A stretch of DNA of 64,000 nucleotides from Alphaproteobacteria bacterium (GTDB lineage Bacteria > Pseudomonadota > Alphaproteobacteria > Bin95): NCBI GenBank assembly GCA_965660545.1, contig CBFIAF010000020.1:97-64096 (forward strand), read 5' to 3'. The position numbers and the translations under genes are program-made. Within the stretch, counting starts at the first letter, position 1; every line of letters begins with the position of its first letter. Below, piece by piece: positions 29,951-40,527 of this stretch. Below the pieces are notes generated by a model. The model worked only from the letters and a program-made list of their open reading frames with translations, searched no databases and was not told the origin of the DNA.

Positions 29951-31144
29951 TTATTCAGGCCTGTCGCTCACCGTCGCTGCCTCAACATGACGCCAATCTG
30001 CACGGCCTTTAAGCGGTCGCAATTGATCTTCATCCGCCCCGGTGACCCAGATTTGGCCACCCAACGCCAGCGCTTCAACGAACAGCGCTTCGCGGCGGGC
30101 CGGGTCAAAATGGGCTGCGACTTCATCGAGCAATAATACTGGTGCAGCACCCTTCGCGGTAGCCAACATCCTTGCGGACGCAAGGGTTAGTGAAACCAGC
30201 AACGCCTTTTGCTCCCCAGTGGAGCCGTCAGCAGCCTTCAAGCCGCGTGCCCGGTCCGCTACGACCATGTCGCTACGGTGTGGACCGGTTGCGGTCGTCC
30301 CGAGCTGTGCATCGCGACCTCTATCCGCCGCCAGTTTTTCCCGAAGACTATCTTCAGCGGCGAGTGCGGGGCCTGTTTCCAGCAATAGCTCTGCCGTTCC
30401 GTCCACAATCACCGATGCACGCGGGAACGCTCCCACGCCTTCCGCGGCAGCGGTGTCTAAAAACAGCGCTGTTTCGTTCCGGGCGGCAGCGATGGCGACA
30501 GCGCGCGCTGCCATTTCTGCTTCCAATGCGTCAAGCCAAGTCGGGTCTGCGCGGCCTTCTTTCAGCAGTGAGAGACGTTGCCGCATCGCGTTCCGATAAT
30601 TAGCAACACGCCCGATATGCGCAGTGTCATATGAGGCAGCCAAGCGGTCCAGATAGCGGCGGCGCTCTTCCGCGCCATCAATGAACAGGCGGTCCATCTG
30701 CGGCGTTAGCCAGAGCGCTGAAAATCGTTCGGCAAGTGCGGCCTGCCCTCGAGCGGGCGCGCCGTCAACCTGCACCTTGCGGCGTTCGCCATGGGTTTTA
30801 GGGTCAAATCCTACACCAAGAGTGCTCTCACCACCGGGGCCGTTTACAACCGCAGCAGCACCCCAGCGACGTGGCTGGGCGTCAATGGATTTGCGGCCAA
30901 TTTCTGCGGTTTTAGCATTTCGAAGGCCGCGACCAGGCGTCAGGAGGGAAATCGCTTCCAGCACATTGGTCTTGCCAGCACCGTTAGGGCCAGTCAGCGC
31001 AATCGCCTGCGCATCAGTCTCCAACCGCAAAGCTTCGTAGCACCGGAAATTCGTGAGAGTAAGCCGAGACAAGCAGACACCGGAGGACGGCGTCACGGCA
31101 GCCGTCGCCTTTGGAAATGCATGGATGACAGGGTTGGCCTGCAA
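29951..31144 (-). CDS. recF: DNA replication and repair protein RecF
   Basis: LTLTNFRCYE, Walker A LTGPNGAGKTNVLEA, signature GSTGEQKALL and LLLDEVAAHFD. The track start is TTG; an alternative GTG is at 31096. Confidence 0.9.
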   Translation of the reverse strand: MQANPVIHAFPKATAAVTPSSGVCLSRLTLTNFRCYEALRLETDAQAIALTGPNGAGKTNVLEAISLLTPGRGLRNAKTAEIGRKSIDAQPRRWGAAAVVNGPGGESTLGVGFDPKTHGERRKVQVDGAPARGQAALAERFSALWLTPQMDRLFIDGAEERRRYLDRLAASYDTAHIGRVANYRNAMRQRLSLLKEGRADPTWLDALEAEMAARAVAIAAARNETALFLDTAAAEGVGAFPRASVIVDGTAELLLETGPALAAEDSLREKLAADRGRDAQLGTTATGPHRSDMVVADRARGLKAADGSTGEQKALLVSLTLASARMLATAKGAAPVLLLDEVAAHFDPARREALFVEALALGGQIWVTGADEDQLRPLKGRADWRHVEAATVSDRPE

Positions 31145-31158
31145 AAGCTGACCTTGCT

Positions 31159-32283
31159 CTATACCCGCATCGGCATCAGCACATAGAGCGCGCTGGCGTC
31201 GGCCTTATCACGAAGAATTGTTGGGGACGCAGGGTCGGAGAACGAAAGCTCCGCCACATCACCTTCAATCTGATTAGCAATATCCAGGAGATAGCGGGAG
31301 TTGAAGCCTATTTCGAGCTCGGCGTCGTCATAATCTGCTTCAATCTCTTCGCTCGCAGCGCCCGATTCAGCGTTTGATGCCGAAACCACCAATGCGCCTG
31401 GCTGCATCGCTAGCTTCACGCCGCGCGATTTCTCTGTGGAGATGGTGGAGACTCGGTCAACCGCATCTTTGAAGGCCTGACGATCCAATTGCATGAACTT
31501 GTCGTTGCCTGCAGGAATAACGCGCTCGTAGTCCGGGAAAGCACCATCGATCAGCTTGGAGCCCAGCACAATGTCGTCCAGAACAAAACGAATCTTGGTT
31601 TCCGACAGGCTAATCTCAACATCATCGTCACCAGCCTCATCTAGAAGCTTGCGCAGCTCACCGACCGTCTTCCGGGGTACGATAACGCCCGGCATGTCTG
31701 CAGCGCCATCGGGTAACGGTGCCTCGGCACGCGCCAGTCGATGTCCATCTGTCGCCACAGCACGGAGGACCTGGACGCCCTCGTGCTCGGCTTTATGGAT
31801 AAAGATACCGTTCAGGTAATAGCGCGTTTCCTCGGTCGAGATTGCAAATCGCGTCCGGTCGATAAGGGCGCGTAGGTCTCTAGCGGCCATACGGAAATTC
31901 ACCGGCAAGTCACCATCAGCAAGGGAGGGGAAATCCTCGGTTGGCAGCACCGATAGCTGAAAGTTTGAGCGACCGGCGCGAACGGTCAACCGTTCGGCCA
32001 TCGTATCCAAGGCGAGCTCGACCTGGGCACCATCCGGTAGCTTACGAACAATGTCATAGAGCGTATGTGCTGGCGCTGTGGCGGATCCGTCTTCGGATGC
32101 CGGGTCTGCCATTGCGCTTTCGGTCAGACCAATTTCCATATCTGTCGCAGCGACAGAGACTTTGCTATTCGCCACTTCAAGCTTCAGATTGCTCAAAATC
32201 GGAATGGTGTTGCGGCGCTCTACAACGCTTTGGGCATGTGCCAACGTCTTTAGCAGCGCGCCACGATCAATCATCAACTTCAT
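31159..32283 (-). CDS. dnaN: DNA polymerase III beta sliding clamp
   Basis: 374 aa. Begins MKLMIDRGALLK...VVERRNTIPILSN, has three-domain length, and ends LMPMRV. Confidence 0.94.
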   Translation of the reverse strand: MKLMIDRGALLKTLAHAQSVVERRNTIPILSNLKLEVANSKVSVAATDMEIGLTESAMADPASEDGSATAPAHTLYDIVRKLPDGAQVELALDTMAERLTVRAGRSNFQLSVLPTEDFPSLADGDLPVNFRMAARDLRALIDRTRFAISTEETRYYLNGIFIHKAEHEGVQVLRAVATDGHRLARAEAPLPDGAADMPGVIVPRKTVGELRKLLDEAGDDDVEISLSETKIRFVLDDIVLGSKLIDGAFPDYERVIPAGNDKFMQLDRQAFKDAVDRVSTISTEKSRGVKLAMQPGALVVSASNAESGAASEEIEADYDDAELEIGFNSRYLLDIANQIEGDVAELSFSDPASPTILRDKADASALYVLMPMRV

Positions 32284-32653
32284 CGCAAACTAGCCCTTTT
32301 GTTCAAGGCACCGACTTGAGAGACCACCTCCCAAATCCGGCTCATAGCTGCCGCAGTAATTGCGGCCCAAATACTTGTGCGCTTTTTGGCGGCGAAAATC
32401 TGCATTGGCACCTGACTAAGCGCTAGGATTTGTAGCGCTGAACGCTGGAAACCCCACATATTCCTCGTTGCCGCGCGAAAGCTAAGTAGCAGAGGATACT
32501 CCGGCAGCCGCTAGGGCGCCAGCGATTCGGGGCAATTTTCAGGCTTTTTTCAAGCAAACGCTGCCACCTATCCCCAACGGATACTTAGCGGCTTTAATCT
32601 TGCGTAAAGGTCGCCCTCATTCCCGCTTTCGCAGAGATGGGAGTGCGACGCGT

Positions 32654-33277
32654 TTATTTGTTAGCAGTGCTCGGCACCCAAGGCCGGGACATGTAGTCCT
32701 TACCCTCAAAGCCATCAATATCCTGCTTGTTCGCCATGGTCAGGCCAATGTCGTCAAGGCCATTGAGCAAGCAGTGCTTTTTGAATGGGTCAACATCAAA
32801 CTTAACGACCTCGCCGTTCGGCCGGGTAATAGTTTGATTTTCTAGGTCTACCGTCAGCCGCGCGTTCGCGCCAAGCTTCGCGTCGTTCATCAATTCATCA
32901 ACGATGTTCTGCGGCAACTTAATTAACAACATGCCGTTCTTGGACGAATTGTTGAAGAAAATGTCCGCGAAATCGGTACCGATCAGGCACTTCACACCGA
33001 AATCTGACAGCGCCCAAGGGGCATGCTCACGGCTCGACCCGCAACCAAAATTGTCGCCTACGACCAGCACTTCAGAATTACGATAGGCAGGCTGGTTTAG
33101 TATGAAATCTTCCGTCTCCGACCCATCCGTATTGTAGCGCATATCGTTGAAAAGGTTTTTGCCGAGCCCCTTGCGCTGAATTGTTTTCAGAAACCGAGCA
33201 GGAATGACTTTATCCGTATCGATATTCTGGGCTGGCATCGGCGCCGCAACGCCGGTGAAGGTTTCGAATTTTTCCAT
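32654..33277 (-). CDS. leuD: 3-isopropylmalate dehydratase small subunit
   Basis: 207 aa. [12 protein letters not shown] and [17 protein letters not shown] are present. Confidence 0.94.
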   Translation of the reverse strand: MEKFETFTGVAAPMPAQNIDTDKVIPARFLKTIQRKGLGKNLFNDMRYNTDGSETEDFILNQPAYRNSEVLVVGDNFGCGSSREHAPWALSDFGVKCLIGTDFADIFFNNSSKNGMLLIKLPQNIVDELMNDAKLGANARLTVDLENQTITRPNGEVVKFDVDPFKKHCLLNGLDDIGLTMANKQDIDGFEGKDYMSRPWVPSTANK

Positions 33278-33301
33278 GGGTCTAGGACTCCCGAACCTGA
33301 A

Positions 33302-33523
33302 TTAGCAATTGCCGCGCGGAGCGTAGCGCAGAATGTCGGCCATTTCATCAATACCGACCTTTTCGGCCGAACTGGGCCAAGCAAGCCGTGCCGTATCGAC
33401 GGCGCGCATGGCACCATCACGGCCACGCACCATGGCGCGAACGGCTGGCCGACGCGTGGGTGCCTGATCCAACTCGTCAAGATCAAACGCAACCGCAGCT
33501 GCTCCAAAACGGTTGTTCCTCAT
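33302..33523 (-). CDS. Hypothetical 73-aa protein wedged between leuC and leuD
   Basis: Its ATG overlaps the leuC TGA (ATGA at 33520-33523), and it ends 24 nt before leuD. It is Ala/Arg-rich with no motif I recognise. Confidence 0.4.
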   Translation of the reverse strand: MRNNRFGAAAVAFDLDELDQAPTRRPAVRAMVRGRDGAMRAVDTARLAWPSSAEKVGIDEMADILRYAPRGNC

Positions 33524-34929
33524 AAAAGGAACACCCTAACGTCAGCCAAGTGGCCTTTGATAGCAGCAGCAGCAGCCATCCCCGGAGAGACAAGATGGGT
33601 CCGTCCGCCTGGGCCCTGCCGGCCTTCAAAGTTACGATTAGATGTGGACGCAGAGCGTTCGCCCGGCACCAGTTTGTCAGCATTCATCGCGAGGCACATG
33701 GAGCACCCTGGCTCTCGCCACTCGAACCCAGCTTCTGTCAAAATCACGTCAAGGCCTTCGGCCTCCGCCGCTTCCTTGACAAGGCCAGAGCCCGGCACGA
33801 CCAACGCGCGGATGCCGTCAGCAACCTTACGGCCCTTAGCGACTTCAGCCGCAGCCCGAATGTCTTCCAACCGGCCATTAGTGCAGGAACCGATGAAAAC
33901 CGTATCGACTTTGATATCTTGAATGTCCATGCCGCCCTCGAGGCCCATATACTTAAGGCTGCGCGCCACACCATTCTGGCGGGCTTCGTCCTCGAAGTCG
34001 CCGGGGTTCGGCACAGTCGCGGTGATCGGCAATGCGTCCTGCGGGCTAGTGCCCCAAGTAACGTAAGGAACGATTTCCGCTGCGTCCATCGTCACTTCGG
34101 TGTCGTAGACAGCACCTTCGTCAGACGGCAGCGTCTTCCAATAAGCAACAGCCTGTTCCCATGTGCTGCCCTTTGGCGAGTGCGGGCGGCCCATCAGATA
34201 TTCAAAGGTTTTCTCGTCTGGCGCGATCATGCCTGCACGCGCGCCTGCTTCAATCGACATATTGCAGACCGTCATCCGGCCTTCCATTGAGAGGTTCTTG
34301 ATCGCGTCGCCAGCAAATTCAATCACGTGACCGGTGCCGCCAGCGGTGCCAATCTTACCGATGATCGCGAGAACCAAATCTTTCGCCGTTGTGCCTTTAG
34401 GCGGCACACCGTTCACGGTCACACGCATGTTCTTTGCGGGTTTCTGCACAATGGTTTGCGTTGCGAATACGTGTTCAACCTCGGACGTACCGATTCCGAA
34501 CGCAAGCGCACCAAACGCACCATGGGTGGATGTATGGCTGTCGCCACAAACCACTGTCATGCCTGGCTGGGTCAGCCCCTGTTCTGGGCCAATGATATGC
34601 ACGATACCCTGGCGGATATCGTCAACACCGTAATAGGGGACACCAAATTCCTTGACGTTCTTCTCCAGCGTCTCGACCTGGAGACGGCTCTCCGGGTCTT
34701 CGATGCCTTTGGAGCGATCTGTGGTTGGGATGTTGTGGTCAGCCACAGCAATCGTACGGTCGGGGCGACGGAGCTTCCGGCCAGCAGCACGGAGGCCTGC
34801 AAACGCCTGAGGGCTGGTCACTTCATGGGCCAAGTGCAAGTCAATGTAGATCAGTCCCGTGCCGTCGTCTTCGGTGCGGACAAGGTGGTCTGCCCAGATT
34901 TTATCAAACAATGTGCGTGGTTCAGCCAT
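33520..34929 (-). CDS. leuC: 3-isopropylmalate dehydratase large subunit
   Basis: Begins [15 protein letters not shown] after a GGAGGG RBS. The aconitase-family cluster ligands VCGDSHT and GSCTNGR are present. Confidence 0.94.
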   Translation of the reverse strand: MAEPRTLFDKIWADHLVRTEDDGTGLIYIDLHLAHEVTSPQAFAGLRAAGRKLRRPDRTIAVADHNIPTTDRSKGIEDPESRLQVETLEKNVKEFGVPYYGVDDIRQGIVHIIGPEQGLTQPGMTVVCGDSHTSTHGAFGALAFGIGTSEVEHVFATQTIVQKPAKNMRVTVNGVPPKGTTAKDLVLAIIGKIGTAGGTGHVIEFAGDAIKNLSMEGRMTVCNMSIEAGARAGMIAPDEKTFEYLMGRPHSPKGSTWEQAVAYWKTLPSDEGAVYDTEVTMDAAEIVPYVTWGTSPQDALPITATVPNPGDFEDEARQNGVARSLKYMGLEGGMDIQDIKVDTVFIGSCTNGRLEDIRAAAEVAKGRKVADGIRALVVPGSGLVKEAAEAEGLDVILTEAGFEWREPGCSMCLAMNADKLVPGERSASTSNRNFEGRQGPGGRTHLVSPGMAAAAAIKGHLADVRVFLL

Positions 34930-34994
34930 TTGGCCCTCCCGGTAGTCCTTAACCGGCCGCACCCAAAAGCGCCGCCGACAGTTTTATTAGTTTG

Positions 34995-35372
34995 TTACGC
35001 TTTCGGCGCGACCCCGCGGCGACGCTCGGCGATACGCGCAGAGCGACCACGACGGCCACGCAGATAATACAGCTTTGCCCGACGGACACGGCCATGGCGA
35101 ACCACAACGATGCTTTCTACATTCGGGGAATACAGCGGGAATACGCGTTCCACACCTTCGCCGGACGCAATCTTGCGCACAGTGAATGCTGATGAAACGC
35201 CAGCGTTCTTACGGGCGATGCATACGCCTTCAAACGCTTGAATACGCTCACGCTCGCCCTCAACGACGCGGTAATTTACCCGAACGGTATCGCCGGAGCG
35301 AAAGTCTGGGATATCTTTAGATTCCGTGACGCGGGCGATTTCTTCTTGCCCGATAATATCAAGGATGTTCAT
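34995..35372 (-). CDS. rplS: 50S ribosomal protein L19
   Basis: Begins MNILD and carries [33 protein letters not shown]. Confidence 0.94.
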   Translation of the reverse strand: MNILDIIGQEEIARVTESKDIPDFRSGDTVRVNYRVVEGERERIQAFEGVCIARKNAGVSSAFTVRKIASGEGVERVFPLYSPNVESIVVVRHGRVRRAKLYYLRGRRGRSARIAERRRGVAPKA

Positions 35373-35482
35373 GAGGCCGGTTCCTTTTTCTTTTCGCCTT
35401 TACATGAACGCGCCCGCCTTAAAGGGGGACGACGCCATATTCTTTTTTGATCGCTCAGTTTAGTCTTACGGCTCGCACCACG

Positions 35483-36220
35483 TTAATTTTGCGGCTCACG
35501 CCGCGCTCTTTTCCTAGCATAGTTGGCCCAAAGATCAGGCCGCCGCTGCTGGGTTGCAGCTTCCGATTGTTCCCGCCGCCAAGCCGCTACACGGCCATGA
35601 TCGCCAGAAAGTAATACACCGGGCGGCTCCATCCCCGCCCATACCCTTGGCCGGGTATAGTGCGGATACTCGAGCAACCCGTTCTCGAAACTCTCCTCGT
35701 CTAGCGACTCTGCACCACCCATAACGCCAGGCAGAAGCCGCACACATACGTCCAAAATGATCAGCGCCGCCGCCTCGCCCCCAGATAGGACAAAATCACC
35801 AATGCTGATCTCCTCAACGTCGCGAGCGTCCAGCACCCGTTGATCGACGCCTTCATAGCGACCGCACAGCAGCGTCACCCCCGGCCCAGCAGCTAGCGCC
35901 TTCGCGCGCGCCTGGGTCAACGGAACGCCCCTGGGCGTCAGATAGACCAATGGGCCAACAGGTGGCGCAGCTTCTATCGCCGCGTCGACCACATCAGCCC
36001 GCATAACCATTCCTGCCCCGCCACCAAAAGGAGCATTATCAACCGTGCGGTGTTTATCGCGCGCAAACCCTCGAATGTCCAGTGCTTCTAACGACCAAAG
36101 CCCCGCCTCCAACGCTTTACCCGCAAGGGTATGGCCAAGCGGTCCTGGAAACATCTCGGGGAACAACGTCAACGCCGTTGCCCGCCAGGGTTTCTGATCA
36201 TAGTCAGCGCCTTCGCTCAC
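35483..36220 (-). CDS. trmD: tRNA (guanine37-N1)-methyltransferase
   Basis: [23 protein letters not shown] and [10 protein letters not shown] are present. It occupies the rpsP-rimM-trmD-rplS operon position. Confidence 0.92.
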   Translation of the reverse strand: MSEGADYDQKPWRATALTLFPEMFPGPLGHTLAGKALEAGLWSLEALDIRGFARDKHRTVDNAPFGGGAGMVMRADVVDAAIEAAPPVGPLVYLTPRGVPLTQARAKALAAGPGVTLLCGRYEGVDQRVLDARDVEEISIGDFVLSGGEAAALIILDVCVRLLPGVMGGAESLDEESFENGLLEYPHYTRPRVWAGMEPPGVLLSGDHGRVAAWRREQSEAATQQRRPDLWANYARKRARREPQN

Positions 36221-36816
36221 GCAGGGTCACCTTCCACCGGTCTTAGCCGCTTGCGTTTACCGCTTTTAGCCGGGCCGGTATGTTTCGCCTTCGTCTTTCG
36301 TGGCCAAAGGCCTACTGGCGGGTTGAGCAAAACCTTGCCGCCAGCAATATCGACCACCGGAACCACTGCCATCGTGAATGGACAAACCAGCGGCGCACCG
36401 CCAGCATCCAACGCGATTTCAATCAGCTCACCGGCGCCAAAGTCGTCCAAGCTGGAAACAACGCCGATTCGCCCCTCAGCCTCTGTCTCTGCAACAAGAC
36501 CGACCAAGTCTGCATGGTAAAACTCGTCCTGATCCACCTCTGGCAAAGCCGAGCGCGAGATGTGAAGCATCAGGCCTTTAAGCGCTTCTGCCGCTTCCCG
36601 GCTGGCGACGCCGTCAATCTTAACGACAGCTACCGTCGGTCGGGCTTCGACCAGCGTCACCTGAAAGTGCCGATCACCGCTTTCATTGAACAACAGGCCG
36701 TAATCCGCTATGCTACTTGGTGATTTAGTGAATGTTTTCACCCGGACTAGGCCGCGGATCCCCTGTGCCCCAACAACAATGCCGGCAGGGGTCAGGCCTG
36801 GTCCTGATTGGCTCAC
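36217..36816 (-). CDS. rimM: 16S rRNA processing protein RimM
   Basis: Its position lies between rpsP and trmD with 4-nt overlaps on both sides. [12 protein letters not shown] and the PRC-barrel half fit RimM. It has a basic C-terminal tail. Confidence 0.85.
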   Translation of the reverse strand: MSQSGPGLTPAGIVVGAQGIRGLVRVKTFTKSPSSIADYGLLFNESGDRHFQVTLVEARPTVAVVKIDGVASREAAEALKGLMLHISRSALPEVDQDEFYHADLVGLVAETEAEGRIGVVSSLDDFGAGELIEIALDAGGAPLVCPFTMAVVPVVDIAGGKVLLNPPVGLWPRKTKAKHTGPAKSGKRKRLRPVEGDPA

Positions 36817-37199
36817 GCGCTCTCTTCAGCTGCAGTGTCTTCAGCAGGCGCGGCGGCTGCTTCAGCAGCAGCTGAAGCTTCACGCATCCGCTCCTGGGCT
36901 TTGGCTTTAGGCTGATCTTTCTTGGTCTGGGTCGGTATAGCTTTCCGCTCCATCAGTCCAGCATCAGCAAAGAAACGGCCAACACGATCGCTTGGCTGGG
37001 CACCAACGGAAAGCCAATGCTGCGCGCGTTCGGTTTTCAGCGTGATCCGGTTTTCGTTGTCACGGGGCAGCATCGGGTTATAAGTGCCGATCTGCTCAAT
37101 GAAACGGCCATCCCGAGGGTTGCGGGAATCAGCGACGACGATTCGGTAATACGGACGTTTCTTAGCACCGCCGCGGGTGAGCCTAATCTTTACAGCCAT
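36813..37199 (-). CDS. rpsP: 30S ribosomal protein S16
   Basis: Begins [35 protein letters not shown] and has an Ala/Glu-rich C-terminal extension. Confidence 0.93.
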   Translation of the reverse strand: MAVKIRLTRGGAKKRPYYRIVVADSRNPRDGRFIEQIGTYNPMLPRDNENRITLKTERAQHWLSVGAQPSDRVGRFFADAGLMERKAIPTQTKKDQPKAKAQERMREASAAAEAAAAPAEDTAAEESA

Positions 37200-37248
37200 A
37201 GTTAAACATTTCCTTATTTAAGCAAAACAGTGTGTTAGAGGATGGCCA

Positions 37249-38730
37249 TTACCGGCCAAATGGATTAAAGCCGCCTTTGGGCAGCATGCCGCCGAGACCA
37301 CCGAGCCCCCCGCCGCCGCCAAGTCCGCCACCCACGCCGCCACCGGGCATTGCCATATCGGGAGGTAGGGCGGGCATGCCCTTCTTGCCTTTTTTGCGGC
37401 CAAGCTTGTTCATCTTCCTCATCATGCCACGCATCTGATCGAACTGCTTCAAGAGCCTATTCACATCCTGCACTTCAACACCGGCACCCGCCGCAATCCG
37501 GCGCTTACGGGACGCTTTCAGCACATCAGGCTTAGCGCGCTCGTGCGGTGTCATGGAGAGGATGATGGCTTCTTGGCGCGCGAGCATTTTCTCGTCGATA
37601 TTGGCCTCAGCCATCTGTTTCTTCAGATTACCAACCTGGGGCAACATGCTCATTAAGCCACCGAGCCCACCCATTTTCTTCATCTGGCGTAGCTGCTGTA
37701 GCAGAACCGTCAGGTCCATCTGTCCGGATTGAAGCTTTTTCGCCAGCGCTTCAGCGTCTTCCTGCTCGATCGTCTCCGCAGCACGCTCGACCAGGCTGAC
37801 AACGTCACCCATGCCCAGAATACGGCCGGCGATCCGGTCCGCGTGGAATGTCTCAATCGCGTCCAGCTGTTCGCCGGTCCCGATGAACTTCAGCGGCTTA
37901 CCGGTGACCGACCGCATGGAAAGTGCGGCACCGCCACGAGCATCACCGTCAACGCGCGTTAACACGATACCAGAAACGCCGAGGCGGTTGTTGAAAGCTT
38001 CTGCGACGCCGACAGCGTCCTGACCTGTCATTGCATCGGCGACCAGCAACGTTTCCTGCGGGTTGATGATACGACGGACCTCTTCGGCCTCATTCATCAT
38101 CTGCTCGTCGATGACAGTCCGGCCAGCCGTATCGATGAAGAGAATATCGTAGCCCTGGCGCTTTGCAGTATCGAGCGCGCGCCGGGCGATGGCTGGAGCC
38201 AATTCACCGAACACGACCGGAAGCGTATCAACGCTGATCTGCTGGCCGAGCGTTGCCAATTGCTTCTGTGCAGCAGGGCGATGGACGTCCACGGAGGCCA
38301 TCAGGATTTTCTTGCGCTCACGATCTTTCAGCCGAAACGCGAGCTTGCCTGTCGTAGTGGTTTTACCGGAGCCCTGCAGACCGCACATCATAATGACGGC
38401 GGGCGGGTTTTGGCCAAGCGAGAGCTCTGAAGAAAGACTGGCCGCCTCTACAGTTTCAGCTGGGCCACCGCCGAGCATAGAGACAAGCTCATCATGGACG
38501 ATCTTGATGACCTGTTGGCCGGGCAAGATGCTGCGCAGCACATCCTGTCCAATAGCTTTGGCAGTGGCGGAATCAATGAATTTCTTGACTACCGGCAGCG
38601 CCACATCCGCTTCCAGCAACGCCAGGCGGACTTCCCGCATGGCTGTGCGGACATCAGCTTCTGAAAGCGAGCCCTTGCCCGTAAGCTTCTTAAATGTTCC
38701 GGAGAGCTTGTCACTTAAGCTTTCAAACAT
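37249..38730 (-). CDS. ffh: Signal recognition particle protein Ffh (SRP54)
   Basis: Begins MFESLSDKLSG at ATG 38730. Carries GLQGSGKTTT, DTAGR, TRVDGDARGGAA, an M-domain and a Gly-rich tail. The 14-codon track extension is not supported. Confidence 0.94.
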   Translation of the reverse strand: MFESLSDKLSGTFKKLTGKGSLSEADVRTAMREVRLALLEADVALPVVKKFIDSATAKAIGQDVLRSILPGQQVIKIVHDELVSMLGGGPAETVEAASLSSELSLGQNPPAVIMMCGLQGSGKTTTTGKLAFRLKDRERKKILMASVDVHRPAAQKQLATLGQQISVDTLPVVFGELAPAIARRALDTAKRQGYDILFIDTAGRTVIDEQMMNEAEEVRRIINPQETLLVADAMTGQDAVGVAEAFNNRLGVSGIVLTRVDGDARGGAALSMRSVTGKPLKFIGTGEQLDAIETFHADRIAGRILGMGDVVSLVERAAETIEQEDAEALAKKLQSGQMDLTVLLQQLRQMKKMGGLGGLMSMLPQVGNLKKQMAEANIDEKMLARQEAIILSMTPHERAKPDVLKASRKRRIAAGAGVEVQDVNRLLKQFDQMRGMMRKMNKLGRKKGKKGMPALPPDMAMPGGGVGGGLGGGGGLGGLGGMLPKGGFNPFGR

Positions 38731-38976
38731 CGCTGACCCTCCCTGCCCTCTAAGTACAAACCCACAACGCAAAAAGCGTCAGTGCGTGAACCCTCGCGAA
38801 CTGACGGGCGACGCAAATGCGCCGTTGGCGATGCAGAACTGCCATCTAATAACAGGGATATGCACCAATTCCACCCGGAACGCAAGCACATCCGGCAACA
38901 GCAGAGGACTGGATTTTTAAAGCATTTGGTGGTCCGCTTTATAGCCCGATCCTATCAAACCTGAGCGAGCAGGACC

Positions 38977-39867
38977 ATGAGCAAGCAACTTCCCTGGCAA
39001 TGGCCGGAATCCACGTGGCGCCCCATCGTTGAGAAAGTGCGCGCTGGACGCAGCCTTAAGCCCAAACATTGGCCAGGTGGTGCCAAGTGCGCAGTCGCCC
39101 TGTCGTTCGATAGCGATCATGAAACAACAACGCTGCGCTGGGGTGATACTTCACCCGGCACGCTTTCAGCCAACCAATATGGTGCCCGCGTCGCCATTCC
39201 GCGCATCCTGGCGCTTCTGGCGGAGCATGACATCAAGGCGAGCTTTTTTGTACCCGCCATCACCGCAATGATCCACCCAGATGAGCAACGCCGGATCATT
39301 GCTGAAGGCCATGAGGTTGGCATCCATTCCTGGATTCACGAAATGAACGCTTCCCTGCCGCCGGAGGATGAGCGCGACATTCAAATGCGCGCTGCGGACA
39401 AGCTTGAAGAAATCTGCGGCCTGCGCCCTGTCGGCATCCGCACGCCAAGCTGGGATTTCAGCCCCGTCACCCTTGCCATCACCCGCGAGATGGACCTGCT
39501 CTATGACTCTTCTTTAATGGCGGACGACGATCCCTATGAGCTGCTAGAAGAAGGTGCCGCCACAGGCATTGTCGAACTACCGGTCGAATGGATCCGGGAT
39601 GACATGCCTTATTTCGGCTTCGACTTCCGCCGCCAGTCACGACCGCATACGCCGCCCAGTTCTGTGCTTGGGATATTCAAGGCTGAATTTGACGGAGCTC
39701 ATGCCGATGGCGGCGTATTTCAACTCACCATGCATCCCCACATCATCGGCCATCGTTCCCGCATGGTGATGCTGTCCCAGCTGATTGACCACATCAACGC
39801 CACAGGCGATATCTGGTATGCAACCCACGCTGATATCGCCCGCTGGTGCCTGGAGCATGCTGAATGA
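38977..39867 (+). CDS. Polysaccharide deacetylase-fold protein (PuuE/allantoinase-like subgroup)
   Basis: 296 aa. ALSFDSDHE, GHEVGIHSWIHE and the barrel length are consistent with the NodB fold. Confidence 0.75.
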   Translation: MSKQLPWQWPESTWRPIVEKVRAGRSLKPKHWPGGAKCAVALSFDSDHETTTLRWGDTSPGTLSANQYGARVAIPRILALLAEHDIKASFFVPAITAMIHPDEQRRIIAEGHEVGIHSWIHEMNASLPPEDERDIQMRAADKLEEICGLRPVGIRTPSWDFSPVTLAITREMDLLYDSSLMADDDPYELLEEGAATGIVELPVEWIRDDMPYFGFDFRRQSRPHTPPSSVLGIFKAEFDGAHADGGVFQLTMHPHIIGHRSRMVMLSQLIDHINATGDIWYATHADIARWCLEHAE

Positions 39868-40430
39868 CCTATTCCGTCGCCGCTTTTGTAGAAGACCTCC
39901 GCCGTCTGTCGAAAACACACCAGACGCCTAAAGAGATATTGCCGGAGGTGGCACCGCTTGCGGCCAAGTTGGCAGAGACAAGCGGTTGGATCAAACCCGA
40001 TTTCTACGAAGTCGACCCGAATCAGGGCATTGGCATCACTGTGCTGCATGAAGAAGCGGACCACACACTGCTTGTTGAAACGATTGTATGGGCGCCGGAT
40101 AAAGGTGTGCTGCCACACGATCATCAGACTTGGGGCTGCGTTGTTGGCCTTGATGGCATTGAGCGCAACACGATCTGGAAGCGCAATGACGATGGCGCAG
40201 CGCCGGGTTATGCCGACCTCACCGTTCACCATGAGGCGGATGTCGGTGCCGGGCAAACCATCGTGTTCATGCCAAACGATATTCACAGCGTGCAGAACCA
40301 CGGCGATACGCCCACACTCTCGCTGCATATCTACGGCAAGAGCTTAGCGCATGTGAACCGATCTGAATTCGATCCAGAAGCAAGCGTTGTCCGCCCCTGC
40401 CCTATCCGCAAGAAGCGCCCTGCGGCCTAG
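39864..40430 (+). CDS. Cupin-fold protein, cysteine-dioxygenase-like metal enzyme family
   Basis: 188 aa. WAPDKGVLPHDHQTWGCVVGLDGIERN and a later NDIHSV form a cupin His pattern. It overlaps the upstream stop by 4 nt. Confidence 0.6.
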   Translation: MTYSVAAFVEDLRRLSKTHQTPKEILPEVAPLAAKLAETSGWIKPDFYEVDPNQGIGITVLHEEADHTLLVETIVWAPDKGVLPHDHQTWGCVVGLDGIERNTIWKRNDDGAAPGYADLTVHHEADVGAGQTIVFMPNDIHSVQNHGDTPTLSLHIYGKSLAHVNRSEFDPEASVVRPCPIRKKRPAA

Positions 40431-40527
40431 GCGTTCTGGACTTCCACAACCCCCTTCTGCCCTACTATACGAAGCTTTGGTGGACGCGTTCGGGGTCCGT
40501 CCTTAGTATTCATGGATCGGCTAACCT

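Noticed and set aside
32284-32653. The 370-nt region upstream of dnaN, considered as a replication origin or dnaA locus
   Set aside because: No dnaA gene is present. I found only one weak DnaA-box-like element (ctatcccca) and no AT-rich unwinding repeats. dnaN-recF-gyrB separated from dnaA is normal in alphaproteobacteria.
33550-35067. Two 246-aa plus-strand ORFs opposite leuC
   Set aside because: They are antisense to a gene with clear aconitase-family motifs, and their composition is Arg/Ala-rich as expected from the reverse frame.
37232-37440. A Pro-rich 68-aa plus-strand ORF (PPRPPSPPPPPSPPPTPPPG) and the Gly-rich C-terminal tail of Ffh
   Set aside because: The Pro-rich ORF is simply the antisense reading of the GGC/GGT-rich tail of ffh. 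Gly/Met-rich Ffh tails are common, so this is not an independent gene or repeat element.
38189-38920. 243-aa plus-strand ORF opposite ffh
   Set aside because: It is antisense to ffh, Ser/Ala/Thr-rich and low-complexity.
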